The position numbers were made by a program, and so were the translations under genes. The notes beneath the pieces are model-generated. The model had not been told where the DNA came from. It made no database searches and saw only the letters and a list, made by a program, of their open reading frames with translations. DNA of 62,352 bases, counting the filler, from Choristocarpus tenellus KU-1152 (taxonomy: Eukaryota > Protista > Phaeophyceae): the NCBI GenBank assembly GCA_964200185.2. It is 8 parts of 8 records of this genome, joined end to end, with 100 filler letters (N's around TTAATTAATTAA, not from the genome) between each part and the next. Parts side by side here need not be neighbours in the genome. Positions count along the whole stretch, not along the records: positions 37,090 to 42,764 come from CAXNAD020010050.1; positions 42,865 to 50,619 come from CAXNAD020005638.1; positions 50,720 to 57,976 come from CAXNAD020006449.1; 5 more parts are not named here. One strand, written 5' to 3'. Below are positions 38,645 through 51,119 of this stretch, piece after piece. Numbering within the stretch: position 1 is the stretch's first letter; every line of letters begins with the position of its first letter.

Positions 38645-40399
38645 GGAAATCTTGAGCATCCCAATGACCGTCTGAGCTTATAAACTTGGCACTCATTTAA
38701 AACTGTTACAGTTTAGTGACGTAAGAATACTCTGGTATTTCATCCTTGTATTTACTTTGAAGTTTTGAAGAAAAGCTCTGAAGATGCACTGTCCAACTAC
38801 TAGGCCTTGCGTCTTGAGTCCAAAAGTGCCTGAATTTGTGACTGTATTATGGGGGTTTCTTCCCCGGAGTTTCTTTTGCCACCCAACTGTGTAGGTGTGG
38901 AGAATGCTGTCATCTGTAGGTTCTTTGTGGGGTTTGATTCTGCCCTCTGTTGTTCACGAATTGCACTATCCCTTTCCTCTTTTTCTCCTCACCTCTCTTT
39001 TTGCATAACCAAACTGTGATATCTCTTGAACCAGATAGGTAATGTGATTCTACCTACCCCATGTCATGTTCATCGGTTGTGCTCTGCTCATCCCTATTCC
39101 TTGGTAACACAGAGTTTAAAGCATTGCTTGTACTTGTATGCAGAAGATGCTACCATGTAGTTCAAACTAGAGAGTCCAGTAATGAAGAAGATAGACTTGT
39201 CATGCCAGCTCAGACATGCTTGGTCCAGCAGTAGTACATTTTGTACCATGTATCTTTGTTGTGATGTTGTCAAGGTTGGTGTACAATGCCTTGCAACTCA
39301 CTATTATGTCTGCTATCTGTCTACTTGTTTTTCTCAGATGAGGTGCCTCTTTCTATGCCACTGGGTATGAATGAGGATGGACTGAACAAGATCCCTACTC
39401 AGCCGAAATTGTAGATCTAGCACACGACTGGAGTTTTTTCAGGGATGACAATAACCTTGTTTAATACTCTTTTGAAAAGTATATTTAGTTAGACAGGTTT
39501 TGCCAAAATGACACCCCAGGCAGCACATGTCACTTGAATAAGAAATCATGTATGACGCCATGGTAGTACTGAGTTTTTAGTTCTTCAGTACAAAGTACGA
39601 AATGGTATTTATGAATATTTCGAAAGTGTAATCCCTCTAAACTATTTTACTGTGATTCCAACTTTTTTTACTTAGTACAAGCCATTGGACAACTCCTGTT
39701 TTTGACAAACGCTCCAGCTTGGGGTATGTTATCCACCAATGATTTTTGCAGATCAAAGTGACCGTACTTCACGAACGCATCTGGAGCAGTTGTTTGCGCC
39801 CTGGAACCATATATTTGTTACATTTTGGGGGTCTTCAACTCCCCAATGCTTTTCCCATTTGTACCATATTAAACGATGTTCTCTTGGTCACTCAACAGAA
39901 ATATTACTATCAACTATCCAGTTATACAACAGTTATCCAACAACTGATTGTTGCCTAAATAAGTATTTTCCCACATAAATTAAAAGCATGATATTGATAG
40001 GCATGGCCAAGCATATGGTGGAAAATTTTGAGAGCCCTTTGGAGGCTTATCACGCCCTGCTTTAAAGGTTTGCCCGAGATGGAATTACAGAATGGGTAAC
40101 CTTGCGTGTTCATTTCCCCCTGCATTCACCGACATGGACTCCCTCTCTTCAGGCAGTGAGACTCGGTCAACCTATGTTGGGCATGTCTTGAGGGATGCTT
40201 AGTTTTTGTCTTTCATTACTTGCACATTTCTTGCGCTTGTATATCCAAACTCCATACAAAGGCTTGGTCCTCAATGAAAACTTGGAAGCGAGAGCTTGTG
40301 GGACTCTCTTGTCACTACTTCCAGACATCTAGAACAAAGCTATTTCTAGAAGTTCAGATCTTTCTGTCCTTCTCAACTACATCGAAACTGTTCCTAGAG

Positions 40400-42274
40400 A
40401 TCTGGAAGCTTTCATTCTAGAATGTACTGTTTCACCTGAAACCACCAAACACAAGCCCTCTGGTTCTGCTGCATTTCACAGAACATACTTTGGAACAGTT
40501 GCATGGTGCAGTTGCACTACGAACCCCCACTCATCATGCCAAGTTGTTCCATACTCCAACAGCTTGCTAAGCGATCAGAATACATAATCTGATGTTTGGT
40601 TCACTGCTACCCACACTAATCTCAGCTATGTCCAAGTCAGTTCTCTTCTTTAATGTTTTTTACTCAAATATCTCCTTTTGAGAATTCCTACACATAAGCT
40701 CCATACTACACTACAGTGTATTTCTCACTAATTGTGCCACTAATGTGCCAATAAAAACGATTTACATCAAACGGCTTTGTCATTACATCTGCAATCTTTT
40801 CTTCCGTTCAGAGGCGTTCTACACTACAATTTTTTGTCCTGCGGCACCCCACGAGTGAAGTGATATCTCCAATCTATATTTTTGGTACGATGAGTACTAA
40901 TTGGATTGTTAGCTAGCTTAATCACCCCTTCATTATCTTCTTACACCTTGCCTGTGTAAACACTTAGTTGTGTCACCATAAACTGTTGTACTTGTCACAG
41001 GAACATGATGTTTTTTGCCGGTTCTGCTGATGCCATGTACTCTGTCTCCGTCCTTGACTTTGTCGTTACCCTTTAGGTGCGCGAAAATCGGTCACAGCAT
41101 GACCTCGTAGAATGATGCCTTCCGAGACAGAGGGTTTGCCATTCAGTCATGTAGCATAGTTGGTATCTGAAAATGCTGTCATTTCTGTTGATGCCCTTGG
41201 CCCTCTGTATGTCGCTTCCTTGTCCTTTGTCCTCTCCTAAACAAGTACTGAAGTATCTTCTGCACAGCCTTCCAATGTGTTTGTCCAGGAATCTCATAAA
41301 AAATTTCCATCAATCATAATTGTTGAAACTTTAGTAAACCTCGAGCTTACCGAGAATGTAGTCAGCTGACTACCTGCTCAACTCAGTAGCGTATGATTTA
41401 GTGTAAGTTCTAACAGTATTGAGTCTGCAATGTCCAGTTGAACAATGAGATGCCCACATCAGCGCCCCCACTGCTTCCCACTAGGATATTTTTTGCATTG
41501 CTTGGTTCTGATCAATGGGGTCCTGGTAATACTTTGCCCACGTCCCAACCCAGACAGCATACCCACTGTTGATAGTGTTATCCCCTATGACTCCGGGACC
41601 ATGCTGTTCTTGGTGGTATCAAGTCTTCTCGCAATGGTTTGGCAATAGATGTGCAGGTCTAGTTCCTTCTTCTAGTAGTGACCATAGATGTGACATCACA
41701 AGTAGAAGCTTGATTCCAAAAGATCCTCGATCGTGAACAATGTGCTCAGATCTCTCACAATCTGGTCCATTGCAGCAGTGTTCCTACTGCACACCAGGAT
41801 TTCATCGACATGTGATGGCTATTGTTTTCACCTCACCATCCATAGTCCTTAACATGCAAGGGTCAGCTTTTGACTGTTCGGATCCTGGCATCAGTAATGA
41901 GTTCGTGAGCATTCAATTCCAGCTCCGTGATGCCTGGACCAAACCATATATGGAACGATTTAGTTTGCTAACAGCCTTGGGAAACTTTTGGTGTTGCTCT
42001 GTTAACTCAATTAACATTTCTTCCCCCAAAGAATGAATACTCTTTCCATATCCAGATGTCTTAGCTCCAGATCCTCCGTGGCTGCTGTCGGCACAAAGTC
42101 TTCCATGTAGTCCGGTCCGGGGCTTTGATGGAAGCCCTTCATATTAAACCGGTGAATGTATCTTGCCACTTTGCAGTTATCGTCGACTTTCTTTTGAATA
42201 TTATTTTGTTCCAGTACCTTGTGGTCAGTTGGGCGAGGCATCTGTGTCCAAAAAATGTTCTTTTTCAGCCCTTT
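40400..42274 (-). mobile_element. Decayed Ty1/Copia pol (RT and downstream)
   Basis: KGFHQSPGPDYMEDFVPTA, LRHLD, KLNRSIYGLVQASRSWN, QSKADPC, HVDEILV; lower boundary approximate. Confidence 0.8.
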
Positions 42275-42700
42275 GACCCAAAGCACTTAAGAGGGTAGGA
42301 GTTTTGCCCAGTTTGTTCATTCGGGGCTTGACTTCCGACAGGTTTTTTATAACCTTTTTCGGTTTTCTGTGCGAACACAGTTACCCAAAATGTATACGAC
42401 TATGAAAGGTGTTTCTGGAGCAAGGATGGGTGAAATAATTTTAGAGGGTACGAGATTTGCCCTGTTTGTCCGTTTGAGGCTTGGCTTCCCATATTTTTAA
42501 TTTAATGACAATTTTCTACTCCAAAATATTTTGGAATAGATAAAATGTGTACATTATGAAAAGGTGTGTACGGAACAAGGATATTGACACTTCCTAATAA
42601 ACATGTTAGCCAAATTGCAACAAAATCGGAACATTGGATTGTGGCCCCCAAATGGACACGGCTCCACCCTCTAAGATACTTTGGCTCGGATATTGACACT
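42275..42700. mobile_element. Family A MITE (42428-42687) nested in an older family A-like copy
   Basis: Inner TSD GGAT/GGAT; host reads CAAGGAT|ATTGACAC across the insertion. Confidence 0.85.
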
Positions 42701-43131
42701 TAACAGCCGATTTCAAAAATTGAGGATGGAGCTTTTCATTGAGGATGGGCTTGAACCAAAATTGNNNNNNNNNNNNNNNNNNNNNNNNNNNNNNNNNNNN
42801 NNNNNNNNTTAATTAATTAANNNNNNNNNNNNNNNNNNNNNNNNNNNNNNNNNNNNNNNNNNNNCCCCCTCCCAGATACTGTGGGTCAGAAGCAAGTCAA
42901 GAACACTAGACAGTACAATTAGTGGTAGTGCAAAAGTTAGTCGGTTCTCCGAAGTAGTTGGCATAAGAAGCAACGTAGTGTGTAGCGTCTCCGACCACAG
43001 GTCGAGATAGTCCCCAGACTGGTGTGAAGACAATAATAAGAACAGTAATCATAGTATTAAAAAAGACGCCAATCCAGTCACCAACTCCTCCCTCTTTTCC
43101 TCTCTTATTGCCTGTCTATCGATGGACTTCC

Positions 43132-43296
43132 GACTCAAAGTATCTGGGAAGGGGTGGCAGCTGTCCATTTGGGGCCAATTTTCGGGTGATTTGGTTGCAT
43201 ATGCCGGATGGATAATGTATGTGCACATTTCTTGGTTATGATCCAAATAGACACCATGGTGTAGACCCCCCACCCCCCTTCCAGATACTTTGGGTC
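43132..43296. mobile_element. MITE family B copy
   Basis: GACTCAAAGTATCTGG / CCAGATACTTTGGGTC. Confidence 0.8.
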
Positions 43297-43591
43297 TCAA
43301 ATTCCGTGTTCTTGTTCAAGTCACTCATGGCTGGGTGAAGGATCACCTGCTTTTCATTTTGTTTTTCTATCACAGCTAGTGCTGATATTCTTAAGCCTCG
43401 AACTCCATTACCATGTCTCTCTCTTCTACTACAACTACCAATCTCCCCAGACCAACGTCCTTTGTAACATTTTTCTTCGATTTCAATATGAAATCCACTT
43501 GCTCTGTTGTGTTTATTCAAGAAAATTACTGATGAAGTTTGAGGCGTCGGGTAAAGTAAGAGTAGTTATCGATGGTCACAGATACTCGTGA

Positions 43592-44026
43592 GAGTCAAAC
43601 CGACTGAGAGGTAGGCAGGGTTACATTTGAAGGATCTCGAGAAGGCTCAAAGAATCTTGGGGGGAGGGGGGGTCTACACCAGGGTGTCCATCCGGGCCCT
43701 GAACAGGAGAAGTGAACTTACATTATCCGTCCGACGCATGCAATCAAATCACCTTAAAACAGCGACATGGAACATTGGGCCCCGAACGGACAGCTGCCAC
43801 CCCCCCCAGATACTTTGAACCAGAAAGGGAAAAATATATGTATAAATTTTGGACAATTGGAAAAAGAGCCTTTGCCAAGTTGTGTATGGGGAAAGGGGGA
43901 ATGTCAGTTTTGCGTACACTATTGTGCATACTTCGAAGTATAAAGCAATGAACTACATAGGGTAAGAAAGATGACTTTAGAATGCGGAAAGGTTCAAACC
44001 TGGCTACCTTTCAAGTTGTTTGGATC
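43592..44026. mobile_element. Family C MITE containing a family B MITE (43644-43821)
   Basis: Outer GAGTCAAAC...GTTTGGATC with TGA/TGA flanks; inner copy TSD AGAA/AGAA. Confidence 0.8.
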
Positions 44027-44945
44027 TGAACGGGTTACGTCAAGCAAGGCTTGTATCGCTGGAAACTGTCTCGTGTTTTGTAAATGGTGTTCAGCATCAG
44101 TGGGAACTACGTGTGATTTCAATAACTTCTCTTCGTGCTAATTCTGTTGCCGTTATTGCTAAACAATCTTACAGTTTCTCCTAATAGATATTTCCTTTCT
44201 ATAATTGCTTTGATGTGAGATGGATCTTTATTCCATTGGGCTACCTGAGACTTCCTTCTTTGCACAATCATGTCCGAGTGGAATCTCGACCTACCCTCTG
44301 CCCCCACCTCCTCTTCCTACTTATACCCTGTGCTCCAAGTCTGTCTGGAGCGTAGCCTCTATATCTAGATCACCTTTCGTTCCTGCTAGACAAACACATT
44401 CCAACCAGCCGTTTCTTGAAATGATCTTCTCCATGATAATGATACCACGAGAATATGTTTAGTAGATATTGTTCAGTGTTATTGTCTCTACACTAGTTTA
44501 CATCAGTGGATCAAACCAATCTTGATAAAACTTACACTGATCCAAGTCCATACAATAGGGATGAGGCAATGCCATCTGCACACCATACATGCGCACACAC
44601 ATCCATTTGCCGTATACGTACACCTAAAGGATACACTCAACAGGAAAACAAGAGTGTATTGGCGATGGACGATGACACGTATCTCTGATGTCCTGGCTAT
44701 ACTTGTCAAACAATGAGATACCACTGTTCCAACTTGTGCATATACTTGCACAGTTGCCTGCCCTAGTGTAACCGGAGTATCTCAGTGATTGACAAAATCA
44801 GAGGCAGGATACCTACTCAATGTAACCTGTGCGCCATCACCCCAATAATCGCATCCTTTCCCTGAGCAGTCTCTCAATCTTCGCTTTTCCCATTGAGTCT
44901 GTACCCCAGACCCTCCCTTTCACATTCTGCATGTATTCGCCTGGC

Positions 44946-45194
44946 GAGTGAAAGTATCTTAGAGGATACGAGTTTTCCCCTTTTTGTCCATTTAAACCTT
45001 GGCTTCCCACGTTTTTTTTAATGACATTTTCCTACTCCAAAAGTTTCGGAGTAGGTAAAATGTGTACGCTATGAAAAGGTGTGTCCGGAACATGGATATT
45101 GACACTTCCTAACAAACACGATAGCCAAAATTAAATTAAAATTGCAACATTGACGTTTGGCTCCCAAATGGACGCACCTAAGATACTTTGGCTC
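44946..45194. mobile_element. MITE family A
   Basis: TIRs; TSD TGGC/TGGC. Confidence 0.9.
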
Positions 45195-45837
45195 TGGCTG
45201 TGATTCGATCCCACAACCTTTAATTTTGTGGAACATTGAGATACAATTTCTGATTGGGGATAGTTGGCAGACGCAGGATGAGTTCCGTACCTGGAATGTC
45301 CTTTCGTACTCAATGTTTGACAATGCGACATTTGATTATGCTCACCGACTTTTGCAAATGTTCTCCATGGAGGGGACAAGGAGAAGCAGAAGGTAAGTGA
45401 TACAACAATAGTATAGAATACTGTTAGTGAATTGCTGTGACATGGTTGGCTACACCAACTGGTCTGCGCAACTCAACCAGTGTTGTCTACTGTGTGTCGC
45501 AGTACCTCTCTGGACACGTTTTCTTCCTTTGTCCTTCATGGACAGGAAGATTGCAACCAATACCCTTTTCCTCTGTTTGTGATGGACTCACGCATTGTTC
45601 GAATCCACACTCTATCTTCCTTTTCCCCCCCGAAGGATCCAAGGACATATGTAGAGGAAGTCTTGTTGACCTTTCTGAAGGAGTATCAAGTAAAAAAAAA
45701 CCCATCTAACAATGCTCCCCTTGCACCATTCGGTTGATTTAAACAGGATTCATTTTTCATTGGAGGGGGTGAACATGAGAGGACATGGTTAAAATAATAT
45801 TATTTAAATACACATAATTAATTGTGTTAAGTAAATT

Positions 45838-45910
45838 GGGGGATTAGCTCAAATGGTAGAGCGCTTCCTTAGCATGGAAGAAGTAGTGGGATCGATACCC
45901 ATATTCTCCA
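45838..45910 (+). tRNA. tRNA-Ala (anticodon AGC)
   Basis: 73-nt cloverleaf: acceptor GGGGGAT/ATTCTCC with G3:U70, anticodon stem CTTCC-TTAGCAT-GGAAG, T-arm GTGGG-ATCGATA-CCCAT, discriminator A, downstream T5 Pol III terminator. Confidence 0.97.
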
Positions 45911-48529
45911 CTAATTTTTCACGCAGTGAAGTTTGTCTACTTATTAACAAGCTCTCCCTCTCTCCCTATCTGAATGAATTTCGACGATCAATTACATAGT
46001 AAGGGGCAACGTAGTCTGTGCCCGGGGGGAACAGAGAAGCTTCACCAGGTATAGTTAGTAGCCAAACGCAGATGTGTAGCCGCAGGGCCTGTGCAATAAC
46101 TTAGACCTTGAAAGTGGCCAACTTTGAACTCTTAACTACTCTGGAGTAATAGTGAAAATATGTCAGAGGTCAGGGGCCTGCCAAATTGCATAAAATCAAT
46201 CGCATTCTGGGTTAACCAACCCCCTCCATACCATGTTGACAAAAAAAATGCTCGAGGCTACAGGTACAAGGGAATAGAGTTGGCTGTGTTTGATTTTGGC
46301 GACAAATAACCCACCTCTTTGTGTTTAGCGGTAGCTACAAATACCTTAGTATTGATAGTATTAAAAAATAAATGAGACAATATCTTAGAACAAGAGTGCC
46401 GCTCCCCAGATCTCACTGTACTCCTGTTGCAAGAACAGGAACTAATCAATATACACTGTATTATAATGAATACAAAATGATACATCTATAGTTTCCTTTG
46501 AGTCTCAAAGCAGTGTATGGTGCACAATCCATGTTCCTCTGTTCCCATACTATCACGAACAAATCCTAACACCACCACTTTAGCTAATTTTGTCAATGCA
46601 TGGTGCAACATTTGATCTCATGGTGTGTTCAATGCCAATTGGAGACAATGGGGACAGCTTGCCAGCTTGTCATGAAAGGGACCTCCCAGGATTACTGGGT
46701 GGACTCGTGGTAGAAACCTCAGGTACCATGGGAGTACTCTATGTAACTTATCCCATTGTACCACAAAGCATCGAAATATGAAAATGTCATGGAATAACAA
46801 CCGTACCAGAACATGTTTCTCAATGATATATTGTTTCTCAATAACAACCCACAATCTGCTAACAGCAGACCCTATTACTGTACCACACCTTGCAATCTAT
46901 TCAATGATAGACCCTGTCATAATGTATTGTGGATTTTCAAACCTATCGTTAATGTCCTGCAGAACTTATTGGTAGCCTGTACTATGATTTTTACAACATT
47001 AGAGTTACTATACGAGATGCGTGAAATCAATACTGTAACAAAGCCCAGGAAAAAGTTGGCTCAATCCTCCAGAATGTAATTCCAGAGTCTGGTCGTCTCT
47101 AGTTCACGATTCTGTTCTTATCACCTTTACTGATGTACTTTCACAGAAAAAAACAACAGGAAAATCCAGAATGCGCCTCGTATCATACTATATAATAATA
47201 TGATATAATAGTTGCTCTCACTTAAATGGAATGGCACCCTCAAAAAATTGGTTGCATCTATGTGGAGCCGAGGTTTTTTGGTTTCCTCCACGGCAGTGAA
47301 ACCTTACAGTTTTGTACTCATGACTACTACTGTACATATTCTTTGAATTTTCGCCATCTCAAAAGAGCTAAAAGTCACCCCCATCCAAAAATCATTGTCA
47401 AAGATGTTCTGAATGCTCTTTGAGTTTGGGCATGTGAAAGTGTGCCATGGCCTTAAACCATTATGCCAGCCCTATGTACCTCTACAATTGCGATGTTCCC
47501 TTAAAGTTCTTTGCGGTTTAGTGGTCTTGTATCACAGTATAGAGCTGTGGAGTGACTATCAACCTCTTCTACTCAACTAAACAACACCCACAACAGTCAG
47601 AATCTCTAATATGTGTCCATGATGGGTGGTTGATCAATGGAGATGAGAGATAGCCTGTGGCAACGCACACACAACTTAACAGACAGGTTCCTATGATTAA
47701 GACAACCACGATGTTCGTTTGTTCAGCACCATCTGCAGCCTCAACCTAGCCCTAGTTTCCAAAATACTTGTAGGAAAGTTTTCTAGTGTGAGGTTACAGA
47801 TCCTTCTTTCTGAAGTTGAGAACCAAAGGAAACGATGACAACATGACAACAACCCCTTCCCGACAAAGTCCAAAGAACTGTGTAAGACAAGCATATTGAT
47901 GACATAGCCACCATTGCTTGTGAGATAGTGATGTCATGTTTGCACAAGGGCTTCCTTGAAGCCCTGCCAATAGTGACTAAGCATTGAAAGGAGCACAGTT
48001 CTTATAATCGTGGATAGTATGTACTGATGCAACATAATGTTAAGGATAGATTGTACCAATTCTATCATAACCTCCCCTCATTCACTTACGGCACCAAGGA
48101 CCTCCATCTTCACCAATGTTCTAACTTGGTTCAAGAGGTGGGTCTTATCAGTTCATTAGTTCAAACTCTGAATTGAAAAATGCACTAAAGATGGAACAAA
48201 ATCAGCATATAGTAACTTCCTGCTTCTTGCCCACTCTGCCACAAACCACTCCTCACTAATGTAGTTTCTTGTTTGTACCTTCAATGAGAGTCATGTGACA
48301 ATTGACAGCAAACATGCAGGTATCACCGTCCCACATTAAAAAAACTACTACAACTAAAGTTCAGTCACACCTACAGAGTGGACAGGGTGTTCTCCAAAAC
48401 AAGTATTGCCTTAACCTTTGTGTACTTTAGTGACAAACATCAAACACGCAAAAAGTAGGATTGTTGCATAACGATCAAAATGGGCTAATTCTAGTAAAAG
48501 TTAGACAAAGTAATTGTCATTCCTGGGGC

Positions 48530-50619
48530 CTATCCTTCCACAGTAAGAATGTCTTCACTTATTAGGGACCACACTGGTACATCAGGGTGCTTGCTGTGAA
48601 GATTTCCAACACCATCCAATGCCTTGAGCTCAATCATGCACGCACACTCCAACACCTCAGCTCCCTACCACAGGAATAGGGCACAGCATCAGCACACACA
48701 CAGACCGAAAAAGGAAAACTAATCAATTGTAGCAATATGTTATGTCTGTGAAGTGCCGACTAATCCATCTTTGGGGGCAAGGACAAGGCCCATCCTTCAA
48801 ACAATTCTTTCAACACATGCGTCATGTTTTCAGGCCTGGCAGGCTGCTCTAGGAGGGAAGCTTGGTATACCACAAGTGGTTAAGGTTTGTAAGTACTCCT
48901 TAAGCACCACAAGATTCTATTCATAGGATGAATACTCAGCAATCTACTCATGACTGGTTCAAGAAGCTCAAGACAAACAAGCATTACCTCACACACACAA
49001 CTTAATCATGCACTTCATGTGCACATGTCTAGAAATTATGCCTACTGTTTCTGTGTGAATTATGAGCAAGGGCAAAGTGGAAAGAGGATCCATGATGAGT
49101 GTTGATGCAAATATTGTAGTCAGTACTCACCAATCCCTTGAGGAGGTCCACCCCTGCAATTAGTGTACCACCTGTTGCAACAAGGTCATCCACAAGCACC
49201 ACACGCTCTCCAGGTTGAGCAGCTGACCTCTGCACACACAATGCATCTTTCCCATCTGAGTTGTCACCCTTGTATTCCTTGGAGTACTCAGCACCCTCAA
49301 CCACGTTTGGCATCTTCCCCTGGAACGTGAAGTAACCAAATAGTGTTATCACCGGGAGAAGGAGGGTTAAAACTCATGTTTTCATATCGCAGTTGTGACA
49401 AGTAATAATTCACTCTACATACAAATACAATGTGCTGGCAAGAGCAACAAAAAATGCACCCTTGAATTTCTGAGAGAAACAGAAAGCTCTTTGGGGGCAA
49501 CTGTCGCTTCCAAAGTGTTGGTAGAAGTTGAACTACATTTCTCATAGAAGTGGGGGCCTGCTAGACTGACCTTGATTCGATGTTGCCCTCATTGCTTCCC
49601 TATAAGACCACAACCCCAATTCTAACCATTCAATCTCACCCTAAACCACGAGAAGAGGGTGAAAATACACGTAACTTATGGACAGACATAGTTGCCCCCG
49701 TGCATCCTGTATCCTCTCTAGCATCAAGGAACTAATCTAAACAAAACTACCTAATCACACAGAACAACAACTCTCTCTAGGTTCAAATACGAAACAATTC
49801 AAGGGTTTCATCTCCTGAACATACAAGTGATACGAAACATGTCTGGTTTCCACAGAGGTATCATTAAGTATACCTGTTTCAACATAATGTAAAAATTACA
49901 AGAGATCTTAGGCATTTCTCTCGGCAGGATACTCTCCCATGGAGCTCTTTGACTAGTTCTACTTCTACAAAAATGTACTGTGCTGTGACTACAGAGAAAG
50001 GGCCGTACTTGGGGATGCAAGTTGAGAGCACTTGACTTCAAGAGCGTTCTATGAACTCAAGTTAACGTGAAACCTTCTTTCGTAGCATGAAGAATGGCTT
50101 CTCCAGCGCCAGCGCTAACGGGGGACCAAGGATGAACCCACGAGCATCAAAGCCTCCTATGGAATCGATGTTCATCCCCCTACATGAAGGAGATGAGAGA
50201 CGCGATCAGGCGAATTACTGACTTGCTTCAAGGTGGACGAATGCTGGACGTTGTTGACAGCTGGTACAGGTGGAGCGAAGAACCATGTATTTCTTCCCTC
50301 ACCTGTATCTGTCCACGAAAATCTTGATGGCAAGGGCAAAAGCCTCGGGATTTCCACACATACCTGTAGGAAAGATGTGAAGGTGAGACAAGCACTGCTG
50401 TGGCGATTTGGGAGGTAAAGAGTCTTAATTGTGTTCTTGTTACAGTTTGATTATCACGACATCAAGAGTAATTCCATTTTTGAGGGAGCCCTGCATACCG
50501 TGCACTTCGAAGCTCACCTCCGATATCGTAGAATCGGTCGATGCCTTTGAAGGGGTAGTAGGGGATGGTACGAGCAATCAATTGTGCCTCTGGCCCATCA
50601 GAGGTGTAGGTAACACGCT
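48530..50619 (-). CDS. APRT: Adenine phosphoribosyltransferase, 5' end in gap; exons 50619-50518, 50363-50303, 50179-50074, 49319-49131, 48664-48530
   Basis: PFKGIDRFYDI, GFDARGFILG, LRKKGKMP, PRPP-binding VVLVDDLVATGGT; phase-consistent GT-AG introns; TAG at 48530-48532. Confidence 0.95.
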
Positions 50620-51119
50620 NNNNNNNNNNNNNNNNNNNNNNNNNNNNNNNNNNNNNNNNNNNNTTAATTAATTAANNNNNNNNNNNNNNNNNNNNNNNNN
50701 NNNNNNNNNNNNNNNNNNNGGTGTGTCCGGAACAAGGATATTGACACTTCCTATCAAATAAGATAGACAAAATTACATCAAAATCGCAACATTGGATTTT
50801 GGTCCCCACATGGACGCGGCCCTACCCTCTAAGATACTTTGGCTCAGAAGGGTGAGAGGATGCCAGAAAAAAAGAAACATGTACTTTGGAAATGAACTGA
50901 TTTTCCAAGCACAGACGACTCTGCGTAATATTTGGTTCTCATCTATCCTGCCTTGTTTAGACTCAGAGGACCTTGTTCCTGTGATAATAAGCCGCTTGAC
51001 CTGTATGTGCACAGTACCCCAACCAAATACCCTCATTGTACATTTACGTGTCCCCTTTAACCAACCTGATTTGAACTCATTGCTCCTCTTCCTCCTACCT
51101 TCTAATCACATCAACACAG

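Noticed and set aside
44214-44924. Possible solo LTR (TGTGAGA...TTTCACA)
   Set aside because: No matching TSD and no second copy in the window
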